Of a stretch of DNA of 64,000 nt, positions 47,725 through 62,734 are shown piece after piece (position 1 is the first letter of the stretch; each line of letters begins with the position of its first letter). A program made the translations under genes and the position numbers. The notes beneath the pieces were generated by a model. That model searched no databases, was not told where the DNA came from, and saw nothing but the letters and a program-made list of their open reading frames with translations. This DNA is from the human T2T-CHM13v2.0 reference genome, Homo sapiens, in NCBI RefSeq assembly GCF_009914755.1, contig NC_060928.1; one strand, 5' to 3'.

Positions 47725-50721
47725 TGATTTGAACCAGCCTTGCATCCTAGGGATGAAGCTGACTTGATCATGGCAGGTAAATTTTTTGATGTGCTGCTAC
47801 ATTTGGTTTGCCAGTATTTTGTTGAGGATTTTTGCATCAATGTTCGTCAGGGATGTTGGCCTGAAGTTATCTTTTTTCGTTGTTTCTCTTTCCAGTTTTG
47901 GTATCAGGATGATGCTTTGTTCATAAAATGAGTTAGGGAGGAGTCCCTCCTTTTCTGTTGTTTGGAATAGTTTCAGAAGCAATGGTATCAGCTCCTCTTC
48001 GTATTTCTGGTAGAATTCAGCTCTGAATTTGTCTGGTGCTGGGCTATTTTTTGTTGGTAGGCTATTAATGACTGCCTCAATTTCAGAACTCGTTATTTGT
48101 CTATTCATGGATTTGACTTCTTCTTGGTTTAGTCTTGGTAGGTGTAATCCATCACATAAACAGAAGCAAAGACAAAAACCACATGATTATCTCAATAGAT
48201 GCAGGAAAGGCCTTTGATAAAATTCAAAATCCCTTAATGTTAAAAACTCTCAATAAACTAGGTATTGATGGAACATATCTCAAAATAATAATAGCTATTT
48301 CTGACAAACCCACGGCCAATATCATATTGAATGGACAAAAGCTGGAAGCATTCCCTTTGAAAACTGGGACAAGACAAGGATGCCCTCTCTCACCACTCCT
48401 ATTCAACATATATTGGAAGTTCTGGCCAGGGCAATCAGGCAAGAGAAAAAAATAAATAGTATTCAAATAGAAAGAGAGGAAGTCAAATAGTCTCTGCAGA
48501 CAACATGATTTTATATTTAGAAAACCTCATCGTCTCAGGTCAAAATTCCTTAAATGGGTGAGCAACTTCAGCAAAGTCTCAGGATACAAAATCAATGTGC
48601 AAAAATCACAAGCATTCCTTTACACCAACAATAGACAAGCAGAGAGCCAAATCATGAATGAACCCCCATTCACAATCACTACAAAGAGAATAAAATGCCT
48701 AGGAACACAGCTAACATGAGATGTGAAGGACCTCTTCGAGGAGAACCAAATGCACTGCTCAAGGAAATAAGTGGACAACAACAAATGGAAAAACATTTCA
48801 TCCTCATGGATGGGAAGAATCAATATCATGAAAATGGCCATACTGCCCAAAGTAATTTATAGAGTCAGCGCTATTCCCATCAAACTACCATTGACATTCT
48901 TCACAGAATGAGAAAAAAAAAACTATTCTAAATTTCATATGGAATCAAAGAAGACCCCATAGAGCCAAGACATTCCTAAGCAAAAAGAGCAAAGCTGGAG
49001 GCATCACGCTACCTGACTTTGAACTGCACTACAAGGCTACAGTAACCAAAACAGCATGGTACTGGTATCAAAACAGGCATATAGACCAATGGAACAGACT
49101 ACAACCATCTGATCTTCGAAAAACCTGACAAAAACAAGCAATGGGAAAAGGATCTCCTATTCAGTAAATGGTGCTGGGAAAACTGGCTAGCCATATGCAG
49201 AAAACTGAAACTGGATCCCTTCTTTACACCTTATACTATAATTAAATCAGAATGGATTAAAGACTTCAATGTAAAACCCAAAACCATGAAAACCCTAAAA
49301 TAAAACCTAGGCAACACCATTCAGGACATAGGCATGGGCAAAGGCTTCATGACAAAAACACCAAAAGCAATTGCAACAAAAGCCAAAATTGACAAATGGG
49401 ATCTAATTAAACTAAAGAGCTTCTGCACAGGAAAATGAACTATCATCAGAGTGAACCGGAAGCCTACAGAATGGGAGAAAATGTTTACAATCTATAAAGG
49501 TCTAGTATCCAGGATTTACAAGGAAGCTAAATTAACAAGAAAAAAAAAAACAACCTCATCAAAAAGTGGGCAAAGTATATGGACAGACTTCTCAAAAGAA
49601 AACATTTATGTGGCCAACTAACAAATGAAAAAAAGCTCAACATCACTGATCATCAGAGAAATGCAAATCAAAACCACAATTAGATACCATCTCACACTAG
49701 ATAGAATTGCAATTATTAAAAAGTCAGGAAACAATAGACGCTGGCAAGGCTGTGGAAAAATAGGAACACTTTGAGACTGTTGGTGGAAATGTAAATTAGT
49801 TCAACCATTGTGGAAGACAGTATAGCAATTCCTCAAGGATCTTACCCAGAAATACTATTTGACCCAGCAATCCCATTTCTGTGTATATACCCAAAGGAAT
49901 ATAAATCATTCTACTATAAAGACACATGCACACGTATGTTTATTGCAGCACTATTCACAATAGCAAAAACATGGAACCAACCCAAATGACCATCAATGAT
50001 AGACTGGATAAAGAAAATGTGATACATATACACCATGGAATACTATGCAGCCATAAAAAGGATTAAGATTTTGTCTTCTGCAGGAATATAGATGAAACTG
50101 GAAGCCGTCATCTTTTTTTTTGAGTCTTTTTTTTAGTTTACTTTATGTTCTAGCGTACGTGTGCACAATGTGCAGGTTTGTTACATATGTATACATGTGT
50201 CATGTTGGTGTGCTGCACCCGTCAACTCATCATTTACATTAGGTGTATCTCCTAATGCTATCCCTCGCCCCTCTCCCCATGCCCCCGCAGGCCCCCATGT
50301 GTGATGTTCCTCACCCTGTGTCCATGTGTTCTCATTGTTCAATTCCCACCTATGAGTGAGAACATGTGGTGTTTGGTTTTCTGTCCTTGCAATAGTTTGC
50401 TCAGAATGATGGTTTCCAGGAAAGCCATCATCTTCAACAACCTAACACAGGAACAGAAAACCAAACACCACATGTTCTCACTCATAAGTGGGAGTTTAAC
50501 AATGAGAACACATGGACACAGAGAGGGGAATAACACACACCAGGGCTTGTTGCGGGGCAGGGGGTAAGGGGAGGGAACTTAGAGGACAGGTCAATGGGTG
50601 CAGCAAACCACCTAGGCACACATATACCTATGTAACAAACCTGCATTTCTGCACATGTGTCCCATTTTTTAGAAGAAATAATTAATCTAAAATTAAAAAA
50701 AACTTTTATTTTGTTTTAAAA
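47725..50721 (+). mobile_element. L1PA8-like LINE-1, 5'-truncated with an inverted 5' segment (47725-48142 on -)
   Basis: ORF2 fragments lie on both strands. 3' UTR GGGAACTTAGAGGACAGGTCAATGGGTGCAGCAAACCAC. TSD AAGAAATGTAT (47714-47724, 50722-50732). Confidence 0.9.
50114..50419 (-). mobile_element. L1PA5-like 3' end (~305 bp) nested antisense within the L1PA8
   Basis: T-tail, then GTGCACAATGTGCAGGTTTGTTACATATG...AGAATGATGGTTTCCAG. TSD GAAGCCGTCATCT (50101-50113) / GAAAGCCATCATCT (50420-50433). Confidence 0.9.
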
Positions 50722-52685
50722 AAGAAATGTATAAATAAAATTAGTAGATGTTTAACAGTAGAGACTTAAAAGTAAACGTGAAAGTTTTTTTATTCAAGAA
50801 GGCAAAAAGAACAAAAGTATTCATGTAGTTTATGCAATTTCTTTAAATTATGGTAAAGAAAGAGGGCAGAGCAGCTGAGATCACAGCTTAACTTATTACC
50901 TAAGAGCATAGCATCAAAATAGGGAGCGAATCTGTTCCAGAGAGCTTTGGAGAATTGAGTGTAACGATGTTGAGATGTGGGCTGAAGAGGAACAAGTAAA
51001 CCTGATATACCTAAACCAACTCTTATTTTACCTATGGCACAGAACACTAGCAGTTAACTATGTAACCCTGGACCCCAAACAGGCAAATAAATAACCATTT
51101 GGCAAAATTAAAAACAAAACAACATAAAAAATTATTTTCTAATATTGAAAAAAATGGCAGTCAACTGAGAATTCTAATGTTAGCATTGGCCCTTTCTCTT
51201 TGTGGTGTTGAAACATCACCAGCACAGTGGCAGATTGCTTTTTCATTTGTCCTAAGGTGAAGTTGGATATTTCATATATTCCGCACATGTACACACAGCT
51301 CCACATTATATTTTTAGAATTATATTATGTTCTTACATATGAATGACAAAGCACAAATTCCAAAATTTCTATGTAAAAATGAGATACAAAGACTAAGAAA
51401 AATATACAGAAAAATCACCCATGGAGAAGAAATAGTCAAAGATGATAAGAGAATAAAATTAAATAAACAAATCAAAACAGGAGGTGAAAAAAGTCTTCTA
51501 CTAAATATGATAAAAAGTAAATATAATAAATAAGAAAAAAATGCATATATATAACAATTTAGTGAAATAAGGTACAAGAAAGAACACTAAAATATTAAAT
51601 ATATATTGAAAATCAAAAGCAAAATACTTGAAAGTAATAAAAAAGACAAGTATGAAAACAAATGGCATGAAATGAAAATCCTTGTCCCTCATGTCTGGGA
51701 ATGAAGGAAGGGCAAGAAACTCTCTTATTCGTTGGAACTAGGAGTTTGGGTTAAATGAAAAAGTAAATCATCTTAGCTTTCTAAAAAGTCACATATATAA
51801 AAATATATTTATTCTGCTATATTTTGTTATAGGGCCAAGCTTCTTCTCCCTATTTTGAGTGCAAATATTGATCACTTTTTCTTTATAAAACATACCTATG
51901 TCATACTTTTTGCAATTTTCATTTTCAGTTTTTTTAAAGTGAAGTGAGAATTCAGAGACTCTTGTAAAAATATACTAAATGCAGTATATTTTTAACGTTT
52001 CTGATCCTTTGTAGTTGTGTCACCCACATCTATTCACCAGCAAGTATTTTTAGTGCCTTAGCTTTTTCAAGGCTTTTTAAAACATCTTTAGTTTTCATAA
52101 ATACAATAGCGTTTCTCATTCATGTTCAGTATATTTTATGAAGAAAAGAGACAGCAAATGAGTCAAAACAAATGCTATTTAAAATAGTGTCTAATGTTCA
52201 AACTTATTTATATCATTATATATTTGTCTATGCACATATTTTAGTAAAGTTAAAGTTAATGCAATATTTCCAAGAAAAAAAAACTATGCCTGATTGTATG
52301 CTTTTATCTTATGTTACATGGAAAACATTGATCTCTCTTTACTTGCTGTGACAAAGATTTTGTTCTCTCACTTTATTGCCTTGATATTGTTTATCTGATT
52401 TTTTTTGGTACTTGGTCCAATTTCTGAAGAGCCATTAAGCTTAGATATCTATGACTATTCTTTAATAAATTTCAGGGAGCAATAAAGATTTTAAAGAGCC
52501 TATATAAATGTGTACTATATATATACATATATACACACACACACACATATATATATATCATTATATAAAGACAATGAGATGAATCTGAACCTAATTTCAT
52601 TTTCTTTTACTTAAAATTTAGAAGATTTGGTAATTGTGTTCAACATAGATCCTGTGATATATGGGCAGACTTATATGTCTTTTTA

Positions 52686-53157
<472 letters not shown>

Positions 53158-53409
53158 GAAAATAATTTCTTTAAGCCATATAATACATTTCAGGTAACAA
53201 TAGAGCTTGATATAAATACATAGCCTTACTATAAATTATCATCAGAAAATAATATCAATTTATTATCTTGTATCAGTGAAGACACTGAATGGATATCAAA
53301 CGGCTAAAGATAAAAAGAACTGAACAATAATATTGTAAACTATTATTATAGTAAGTAAATTGTTTCTCACAGAGATGTGGCTTAGAAGTTTGGAAACAAT
53401 TGTTTTTGT

Positions 53410-54140
53410 ATACTATGGTTGAACAAATAAGTAAATATGTTGTAGGTCATTTGAGCTAGGTTTCTTGATGAGATAGAAGAAAGTTACTGCAGACTGAGTA
53501 ACTACTACTCATGGATGGTAATATTGTTGAGAAAAGTTTAAGCAGAACTAGAACATTTGAATTATCTCAAAGTATCTTCTCCCAAATATTTACTAATTAC
53601 AAAGGGAAAAATAATAATTTCACCATAGTGAATCAACTTTAATCAGATGATCAAGGTCAAGACCTCTAGCAATACCTGTAAATATCAAATACCTTCTGAA
53701 TAAGGAGGGCACAGTACTTTTGTTTTACTTTTCCCAATAGTGAACACCTCCATTCTGATCATGAAAGAAAAAATATACAACCCCAAATTTAAAGACATTT
53801 TATATAAAAAATTAATGACAAGTATTCTTCAGAAGTGCAAAGGTCATAAAAGACAAGAGAAGACTGAGTTATGATCACAGAATGAAGGAAACTAAGAATA
53901 CAATAAATGTGATGTAGCATACCAGACTGGATCCTCAAACAGCAAAATCACAGTGGAAAGAACGGGCTAAATCCAAACAAGGTCTATATTATAGTTAAAA
54001 GTATCGTGACAAAGTTAATTTCTTAGTTTTGATAAATCTCCTATGGTTATGTAACATTTTAACAGAAGAAAAAGCTGAGTAAATGGTACATGAAAATTCT
54101 GTGCCATTTTTGCAAGTAGTTATAAATATAAAATTATCAC
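53410..54140 (+). mobile_element. Old L1MC (L1MC4-like) 3' UTR
   Basis: CCCAAATATTTACTAATTACAAAGGGAAAAATAATAATTT...AAAGTTAATTTCTTAGTTTTGATAAAT...TTTTGCAAG. Confidence 0.65.
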
Positions 54141-54479
54141 ACACATACACATACTAAACATTGAGAGTGTTCTGTATGAAACTGTAGCTGTAGCCATACA
54201 TCTTTATAACTTAGTCACAACCCATACAATTATCCACCAAAATGTCTAAATTTTATTGTATATAATATTTTTTCAACAAATCAACCAGGACATAGGTGTG
54301 CAGACTGATTTGAGGCTATGACAGGTGAATTTAACTATACTAGAAATGTATTACATAAACAAACTGAAGGGGATAGAAAAGAAAAGAGCTGACCTAAGTC
54401 AGCTTCATTAAATGTTTGGTGGAAATTGACAGTGAAACTATATAACCCTTGAGTTTTTCTTTTACAGAAAAGTTAGAAA

Positions 54480-56230
54480 CTAGAAAGTCAATTTATTTAA
54501 TAGGTATAGAGTTATTAAAATTATATATATTATTTTGAGTCAGTTTTATTAGTTTGTGTCTTTTAAGAAATTGGTCTATTTCAGGGGTCCCCAACCCCTG
54601 GGCCATGGACTGGTACTGACTGGTCTGTGGTCTGTTAGGAACCAGGCTGCAGAGCAGGAGGTGAGCAAGCATTACAGCCTGAGCTTCAACTCCTGTCAGA
54701 TCAGTGGTGGCATTAGATTCTCATAGGAGCATGGATCCTGTTGTGAACTGCACATGTGAAGGATCTAGTTTGCATGGTTCTTATGAAAAGCTAATGCCTG
54801 ATGATCTGAGGAGAAACAGTTTAATCCTTAAACCATCTCCCCACATCTCTCCACCCCCGTCTGTGGAAAAATTGTCTTCCATGAAACCCATCCCTAGTGC
54901 CAAAAAGGTTGGGGACTGCTGGTCTTTTCATCCTCATTTTGAACTTATAGTAATATAGTTATTCATGACATTCCCTTATTATTATTTTACCTCTGTGGAG
55001 TCTGTGGTGATATCCCTTCTTTTGTATCTGATATTGGTAATTTGTGTCTTCAATTTTTTAATTTTTTGCCACTCTGGCTAGACTTTTCTCAATTTGAATA
55101 ATACTTTTAAAGAATGGGCTATTGGTTGCATTAGTGTTCTTTATCATTGTTGTGTTTTAAATTTTATTGATTTCAACTTTTATTATATTCATTATTCTAC
55201 TTGCTTTGGATTTACTTGTATTCTCCTAGTGTTTTAAAATGGAATCTTAGATTATCATTTGAGAACTTTTATTGTTTCTATTATAGCATTTAACATCATA
55301 AATTTCCTTCTTAGAACTGCTTTAGCTGCATATCCTAAATTTGGACCGTTTGTGTTTTTAAAAATATCTATGTTGTGTTTTCATTTCTATTCAGTATATT
55401 TTTAAAAATTTCCCTTGGGACTTTATCTTTGATTCATGAGGTTTTTAGAAGTTTGTTGCTTAATTTTTAAATATTTGGGAATTTTCCAGTTATCTATTAC
55501 TGAATTCCAATGTTTTTCAGGTCTTTCATATCCTTACTGTTTTTATATTTATTTGTGCTAAAAATTACTTGGAGGACTGTTTGGGGCTCCAACTAAAATT
55601 CTGTATTTATCTATTTCTATTTTCAATTTCATTAGTTTTTGCCTCATGTACTTTCAGGCTCCGTTTTTAGGTACATACATATTTAGGACATTAACAACTT
55701 TTTGAAAAATTGACTCTTTTTTCATTATGCATAATAATATTCTTTATTCATAATAATATTTATTCATAATAATATTTCTTGTTTTTAAGTCTAATTTTTC
55801 GATAGTAGTATAAATATGCCAACTTTCTTTTGGTTAGTGTTTGCAAGAAATATTTTCTCATCTTTTTACTTCTAGCCACTCTATGTTATTATATTAAAGT
55901 GGGTTTCTTGTAGACATATACACTTGAAACTTCTTTTCCTATGTAATTTTTTAAACCTATGTTTTTAACTGTTCTGTTTAGACCACTTACATTTCAAATG
56001 ATTATTGCTATGACTGAATTATAATGCAACCTCTTGTTAGCTATTTTTAACTTTTTCTCTCATACTTATTTTTATCATTCTACCTTCTCATGTGTAAATG
56101 GAAGATTTTTATAATTCCGCTTTATCTAATTTATTGGCTAATTATTTAAATTATTTAATTTAAAAAATCTTATTTTAGTGGTTTTACTAGAGTTTATAAT
56201 ATACACCTCCAATCAATGCCAACATTCAAA
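54480..56230 (-). mobile_element. Old L1M ORF2 (endonuclease-side) remnant
   Basis: Diverged L1 motifs ATAAATTTCCTTCTTAGAACTGCTTTAGCTGCAT, TTAGGTACATACATATTTAGGA and AAGTGGGTTTCTTGTAGACA. Confidence 0.7.
54582..54921 (+). mobile_element. MER1B (hAT-Charlie MITE), full length, 340 bp
   Basis: TIRs CAGGGGTCCCCAACC ... GGTTGGGGACTGCTG. Degenerate 8-bp TSD GTCTATTT/GTCTTTTC. Confidence 0.92.
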
Positions 56231-56235
56231 TATGT

Positions 56236-57035
56236 TGTCTTAGGTTCTTCTGTGCTGCTATAGTATAATACCAGAAACTGAGTAATTTATAAAGGACATA
56301 CATGTGTTTCTTATGGTTCTGGAGGCTGGGAAGTCTAAGTTCAAGTCTAAGACACTAGCAGATTCACTGTCTGGTGAAGGCTGCTATCTGCTTTAGGTTG
56401 GCACTTCTTACTGTGGCCTCACATGTTGGAAGGAGTTAAAAGGAATTATAAGGTCATTAATCCCATTCATGAGGATTCTGCCCTCATGACTTAATGATGT
56501 CTTCAAGGCCCCGCCTCTTAATACTATCACATTAGTGATTAACTTTCAACTTAAGAGTGTTAGGGAACATGTTCAGAACATAGCATTCTACCCCCGCCTC
56601 CCCAGATTCATGTTCTTACATCACATGCAGAGTACATTAATTCAATCTCAATAGCCCCAAAGTTTTAATTCATTCCTGCATTCATTTTAAAGTCTAAGTT
56701 CAAAAATGTCATCTGAGCATCATCTAAAGTATATATGGGTAAGATTCAAAGTATGATTAATTCTGAGGCAAATTGCTCTCCACCTGTGAACTGTGAAACC
56801 AAACAAGTTACGTGTTTCCAAAATACAATGGTGGGACAGGCATAGGGTGGGCATTCCCGTTCCAAAAGGGAAAACTAGGAAAGAATAAAGGGGTAACATC
56901 TCCCAAGTAAGTCTAAAACCCAAAGCAAACATTAAATCTTGAGGCATAAAAGTAATCTTTCACTCTATGTCCTGCCTTCTGGACACACTGGAGGTTGGGG
57001 ATGGGCCCCTAAGGCTCTGGGCAACCCCAGCCTCA
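56236..57035 (-). mobile_element. MaLR (MSTD/MLT1A-like) LTR (~56236-56585) plus adjoining internal sequence
   Basis: LTR motifs GGTTCTGGAGGCTGGGAAGTC and TTAATCCCATTCATGAGG ending CATAGCA, followed by MST-int-like CCAAAATACAATGGTGGGACAGGCATAGG. Confidence 0.8.
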
Positions 57036-58928
57036 GTTTCAGTTTCTCACTCCTACTTCTAATAATATTACTGTCATTCATTTTCACTTAACCATATGCT
57101 ATAATCAATGACTTCATTGTTACAGTAATTATTTAGAACAAGAGGTTTTTTTTAAATCAATTAAGAATACAAAAATAAAATATTGTATTTTACTTTAACT
57201 TATTCCTTCTTTGACACTTTCTCTTTCTTTATGTAGACCTAAGTTACAGATCTATAAAATTTTCCTTTCTTCTAAAGAGCTTCTTTAATATTTATTGTGG
57301 GGCAAACCTCCTGGCAAAAATGTCTTTCAGTTTTTGTTTATCTGAGAGTCTTTAGGCCTATTTCATTTTTGAAGAACAATTTATTTTACTCTAGGATTCC
57401 AGGTATTTTTTGGAACACTTTAGATATCTCAAATTGTGCTCTTCTTGCTCTAAAGTTTCTGATATTGAGCCCAATATAATTATTATTCTTGTTCTTCTGT
57501 TGGAAAGGTATCCCGCTTACCCTGGTTCTTTTTAACCAGGTTTGTCTTTGTCTTTAGCTTGCTGCATTCTGAATATGTTACACCTAGGTAGAAATGCTTT
57601 GTAATTATTATATTTGGTATTATCTGAACTTCTTGGATCTGTGATTTGGTGTCTGTAATTAGTTTTTAAAAATTCTTGGCCATTATTATTAATACTTCAG
57701 ATATTTTTCATCAAGGTTCTTTATTTTTTTTCTCTCTGATGTTCCAATTACATGCATGCTCTGCCTTTTGAAATTGTCCTACTGTTCTTGGATACTATTT
57801 TTTTATTTGTTTTTTGCATTTCAGTTTAGAAAGTTTCTATTTACATGTCATCATACTCCCTAATTATTCTCTCAGCTTTGTGCAGTGTTTTAGTTCACTT
57901 TATGCAGCTACAACAGAATACCATGAACTGGGTAATTTATAAAGAAAAATTTTATGTCACATAGCCCTGGAGGCTGGGAATTCTAAAAGCATGATGTGGA
58001 CATCTGGGGAGAGTCTTTTTGCTACATTACAGCATGGTGGAGGGCAAATATACACAGAGAGAGAGAAAGGAGTGAACTTTATTTTAGAACAATTTGCTGT
58101 TAGTGTAACTAAACAATTCCCACAATAATGACATTAATCTGTTCACAAGAGCAGAGCCCTCATGACTTAAACACTTTGTAAAGGCCATGCCTTTTTTTTT
58201 GGTAAAAGATCATACTCTAAATTTTATTTATTTTAAGATCTGGGATACATGTGGAGGATGTGTAGGTTTGTTACACAGGTAAACATGTGCCATGGTGGTT
58301 TGCTGCACCTGTCAGCCCATCACCCAGGTATTAGGCACCACATGAATTGCTATTTATCCTGATCCCTTTTCCCACACCTCCCAACAGCTTCCGGGGTTCA
58401 TTGTTCCTCCTCCTTCTGTCCATGTCTTCTCATTGTTTAGCTCCCACTTATAAGTGAAAATGTGTAGTGTTAGGTTTTCTGTTTCTGTGTTAATTTGCTG
58501 AGGATAGTGAGTTCCAGCTCTATCCATATCCCCGCAAAGGACATTATGCCATTTCTTTTAATGGCTTCATAGTATTCTGTGGTGTATATGAACCACGTTT
58601 TATCTATTGCATCTATCATTGGTGGGCATCTGAGTTGATTCCATGTCTTGCTATTGTTAATAGTGCTGCAGTGAACATACGTGTGCATGTATCTTTATAA
58701 TAGAATTATTTATGTTCTTTTGGGTATATAACCAGTAATGGGATATCTGGGTCAAGTGGTATTTCTGCCTCAAGGTCTTTGAGGAATCACCACATTGTCT
58801 TCCACGATGGTTGAACTAATTTACACTCCAACCAACAGTGTAAAACTGTTCCTATTTCTTCACAGCCTTGCCAGCTTCTGTTGTTTCTAGACTTTCTAGT
58901 AATTGCCATTCTGACTGGTGTGAGATGA

Positions 58929-59351
<423 letters not shown>

Positions 59352-62054
59352 TTGCCCACTTTTTAATGGGATTTTTTTTTTTTGGCTCGTAAATTTGTTT
59401 AAGTTCTTTGTAGATTCTAGATATTAGACCATTGACAGAAGGATAGATTGAAAAAATTTTCTCCCATTCTGTAGGTTGTCTATTCACTCTAATGATAGTT
59501 TCGTTTGCTGTGCAGAAGCTCTTTAGTTTAATTAGATCCCATTTGTCAATTTTTGCTTTTGTTGTAATTGCTTTTGGTGTTTTTATCATGAATCTTTTCC
59601 CATGCCTATGTCCTGAATGGTAGTGCCTAGATTTTCTTCTAGGGTTTTTATAGTTTTGGTTTTACATTTAAGTCTTTAATTCAACTTGAGCTAATTTTTG
59701 TAGAAGGTGTAAGGAAGGGGTGCAGTTTCAATTTTCTGCATATGATTAGCCAGTTTTCCCACCACCATTTATTAAATAGGGAATCCTTTCTCCATTGCTT
59801 GTTTTTGTCAGGTTGGTTGAAGATCAGATTATTGTAGATGTGCAGTCTTATTTCTGATACCTCTATTCTTCCATTGGTGTATGTGTCTGTTTTTGTACCA
59901 GAACCATGCTGTTTTGGTATTTTGTAGGTCTCTAAGAACTTGTTTCATGAAGCTGCATGCTTCTGTTTGGGGTGAATATCTATTTAGGGTAGTTAGTTCT
60001 TCTTATTGAATTGATCTCTTTACCATTATGTAATGTCCTTTTTGTCTTTTTTGATCTTTGTTTGTTTGAAGTCTGTTTTGTCAGAAACTAGTATTGCAAC
60101 CCCTGTCAATTTCTGCTTTCCATTTGCTTAGTAAATTTTTCTCCATCCCTTTATTTTGAGCCTATGTATGTCTTTGCATGAGAGGTGGGTCTCTTGAATA
60201 CAGCACAGAAATGTGTCTTGACTCTTTATCCAGTTTGCCATTCTGTGTCTTTTAATTGGGACATTTATTTCATTTACATTTAAGGTTAATATTGTTATGT
60301 GTGAATTTGATCATGTCATCATGATGTTAGCTCATTATTTTGCAGACTTGTTGATGTAGTTGTTTCGTAGTGTTGTTGTTCTGTGTACTTCAGTGTGTTT
60401 TTGCAGTGGCTGATAATGGTTTTTCCTTTCCACATTTAGTGTTTTCTTCAGGAGCTCTTACAAGGCAAACATAGGGCCACAAATTCCCTCAGCATTGGCT
60501 TGTCTGGAAAGGATTTTATTTCTCCTTTGCTTATGAAGTTTAGTTTGGCTGGATATGAAATTCTGGTTGGAAATTCTTTTTTTTAAAGAATGTTGATATT
60601 GGCTCACAATCTCTCCTGACTTGTAGGGTTTCCTGCGAGAGGTCTGCTGTTAGTCTGATGGGCTTCTTTTTGTAGGTGACCCTATCTTTCTTTCTGGCTG
60701 CCCTTACAATTTTTTCCTTCTTTTTGACTTTGGAGAATCTGAAGATTATGTGTGTTGGTGTTAATCTTCTCATGGAGTATCTTACTGAGGTTCTCTGAAT
60801 TTCCTGAATTTGAATGTTGGCTTGTCTTGCTAGGTTGGGGAAGTTCTCCTGGATAATATCTTAAAGTAAGTTTTTTAACTTGGTTCTGTTCTCCCTGTCT
60901 CTGTCAGGTATCCCAATCAGTCATAGGTTTAATCTTTTTTACATAATCCCATAGTTCTCGGAGGTTTTGTTTATTTCTTTTCATTCTTTTTTCTTTAATC
61001 TTGTCTGCCTGTCTTACTTTAGCAAGATAGTGTTTAAGCTCTGAAATTCTTTCCTCTGTTTGGTCTATTTGGTTATTGATATTTGTGGTTGCATTGTGAA
61101 GTTCTCGTTTTGTGTTTCTCAGCTCCTTCCAGTCATTTATGTTCCACTCTAAACTGATTATGATTAATAGCTTCTGTAATGTTTTATCATGGTTCTTAGC
61201 TTCTTTGCATTGAGTTAGAACATACTCCTTTAGTTCAGCAAAGTCTGTTATTACTTACCTTCTGAAGCCTACTTCCATCTAGCCATCCATCTCAGCCTCT
61301 GCCCTGTTCTGTGCCCTTGCAGGAAAGGTGTTTGATCCTTTGGAGGAGAAAAGGCACTCTGGCTTTTTGAATTTTGGCATTTTTTTCATGGATTCTTATC
61401 TTTGTGAGTTTATTTAGCTTCAATCTTTGAGGCTGCTGACCTTTGGATGGGGTTTTCGTGGGAATTTTTTTATTGATGCTGTGTTGTTGTTGCTTTTTGT
61501 ATGTTTGTTTTTCTTTTAACAGTCAGGCCCTTCTTCAGTAGGGCTGCTGCAGTTTGCTGGGGTGAACTCCAGACCTGAATTTCCTGGGTCTCTCCTGCAC
61601 CCGGAGATGTCACCAGTGGAGGCTGCAGAAGAGAAAAGATGACTGCCTCTTCTTCTGGGATCTCTGTCCCACAGGGACTCTGACCTGGTGCTGGTGGAAA
61701 TGCTTCTATACAAGGTGTCTGGTGACCCCTGTTGAGGTGTCTCACCCAGTCAGGAGGCATGGGATCTGGGACCCACTTAATAAAGTGCTTTGCCTCCCCC
61801 TTGGTGGAGGGAGTGTGCTGCACTGGGGGGAATCCCACTCGTCTGGACTGCCCAGATTCCTCAGAGTCAGCAGGACAAAAGACTAAGTCTGCTTGTTTGC
61901 AGAGACCACAGCCACTCCTCCCCGCAAGGGCTCAGTCCCAGGGAGATCAGAATTCCTCCCTAATCCATGGCTAGAGTTGCTAAAATTCCTGCAGGGAGGC
62001 CTCACCCAGTGAGGAGGAATGGGTCAGCGTCCTGTCTGAAGAGGCAATCTGGCA

Positions 62055-62734
<680 letters not shown>

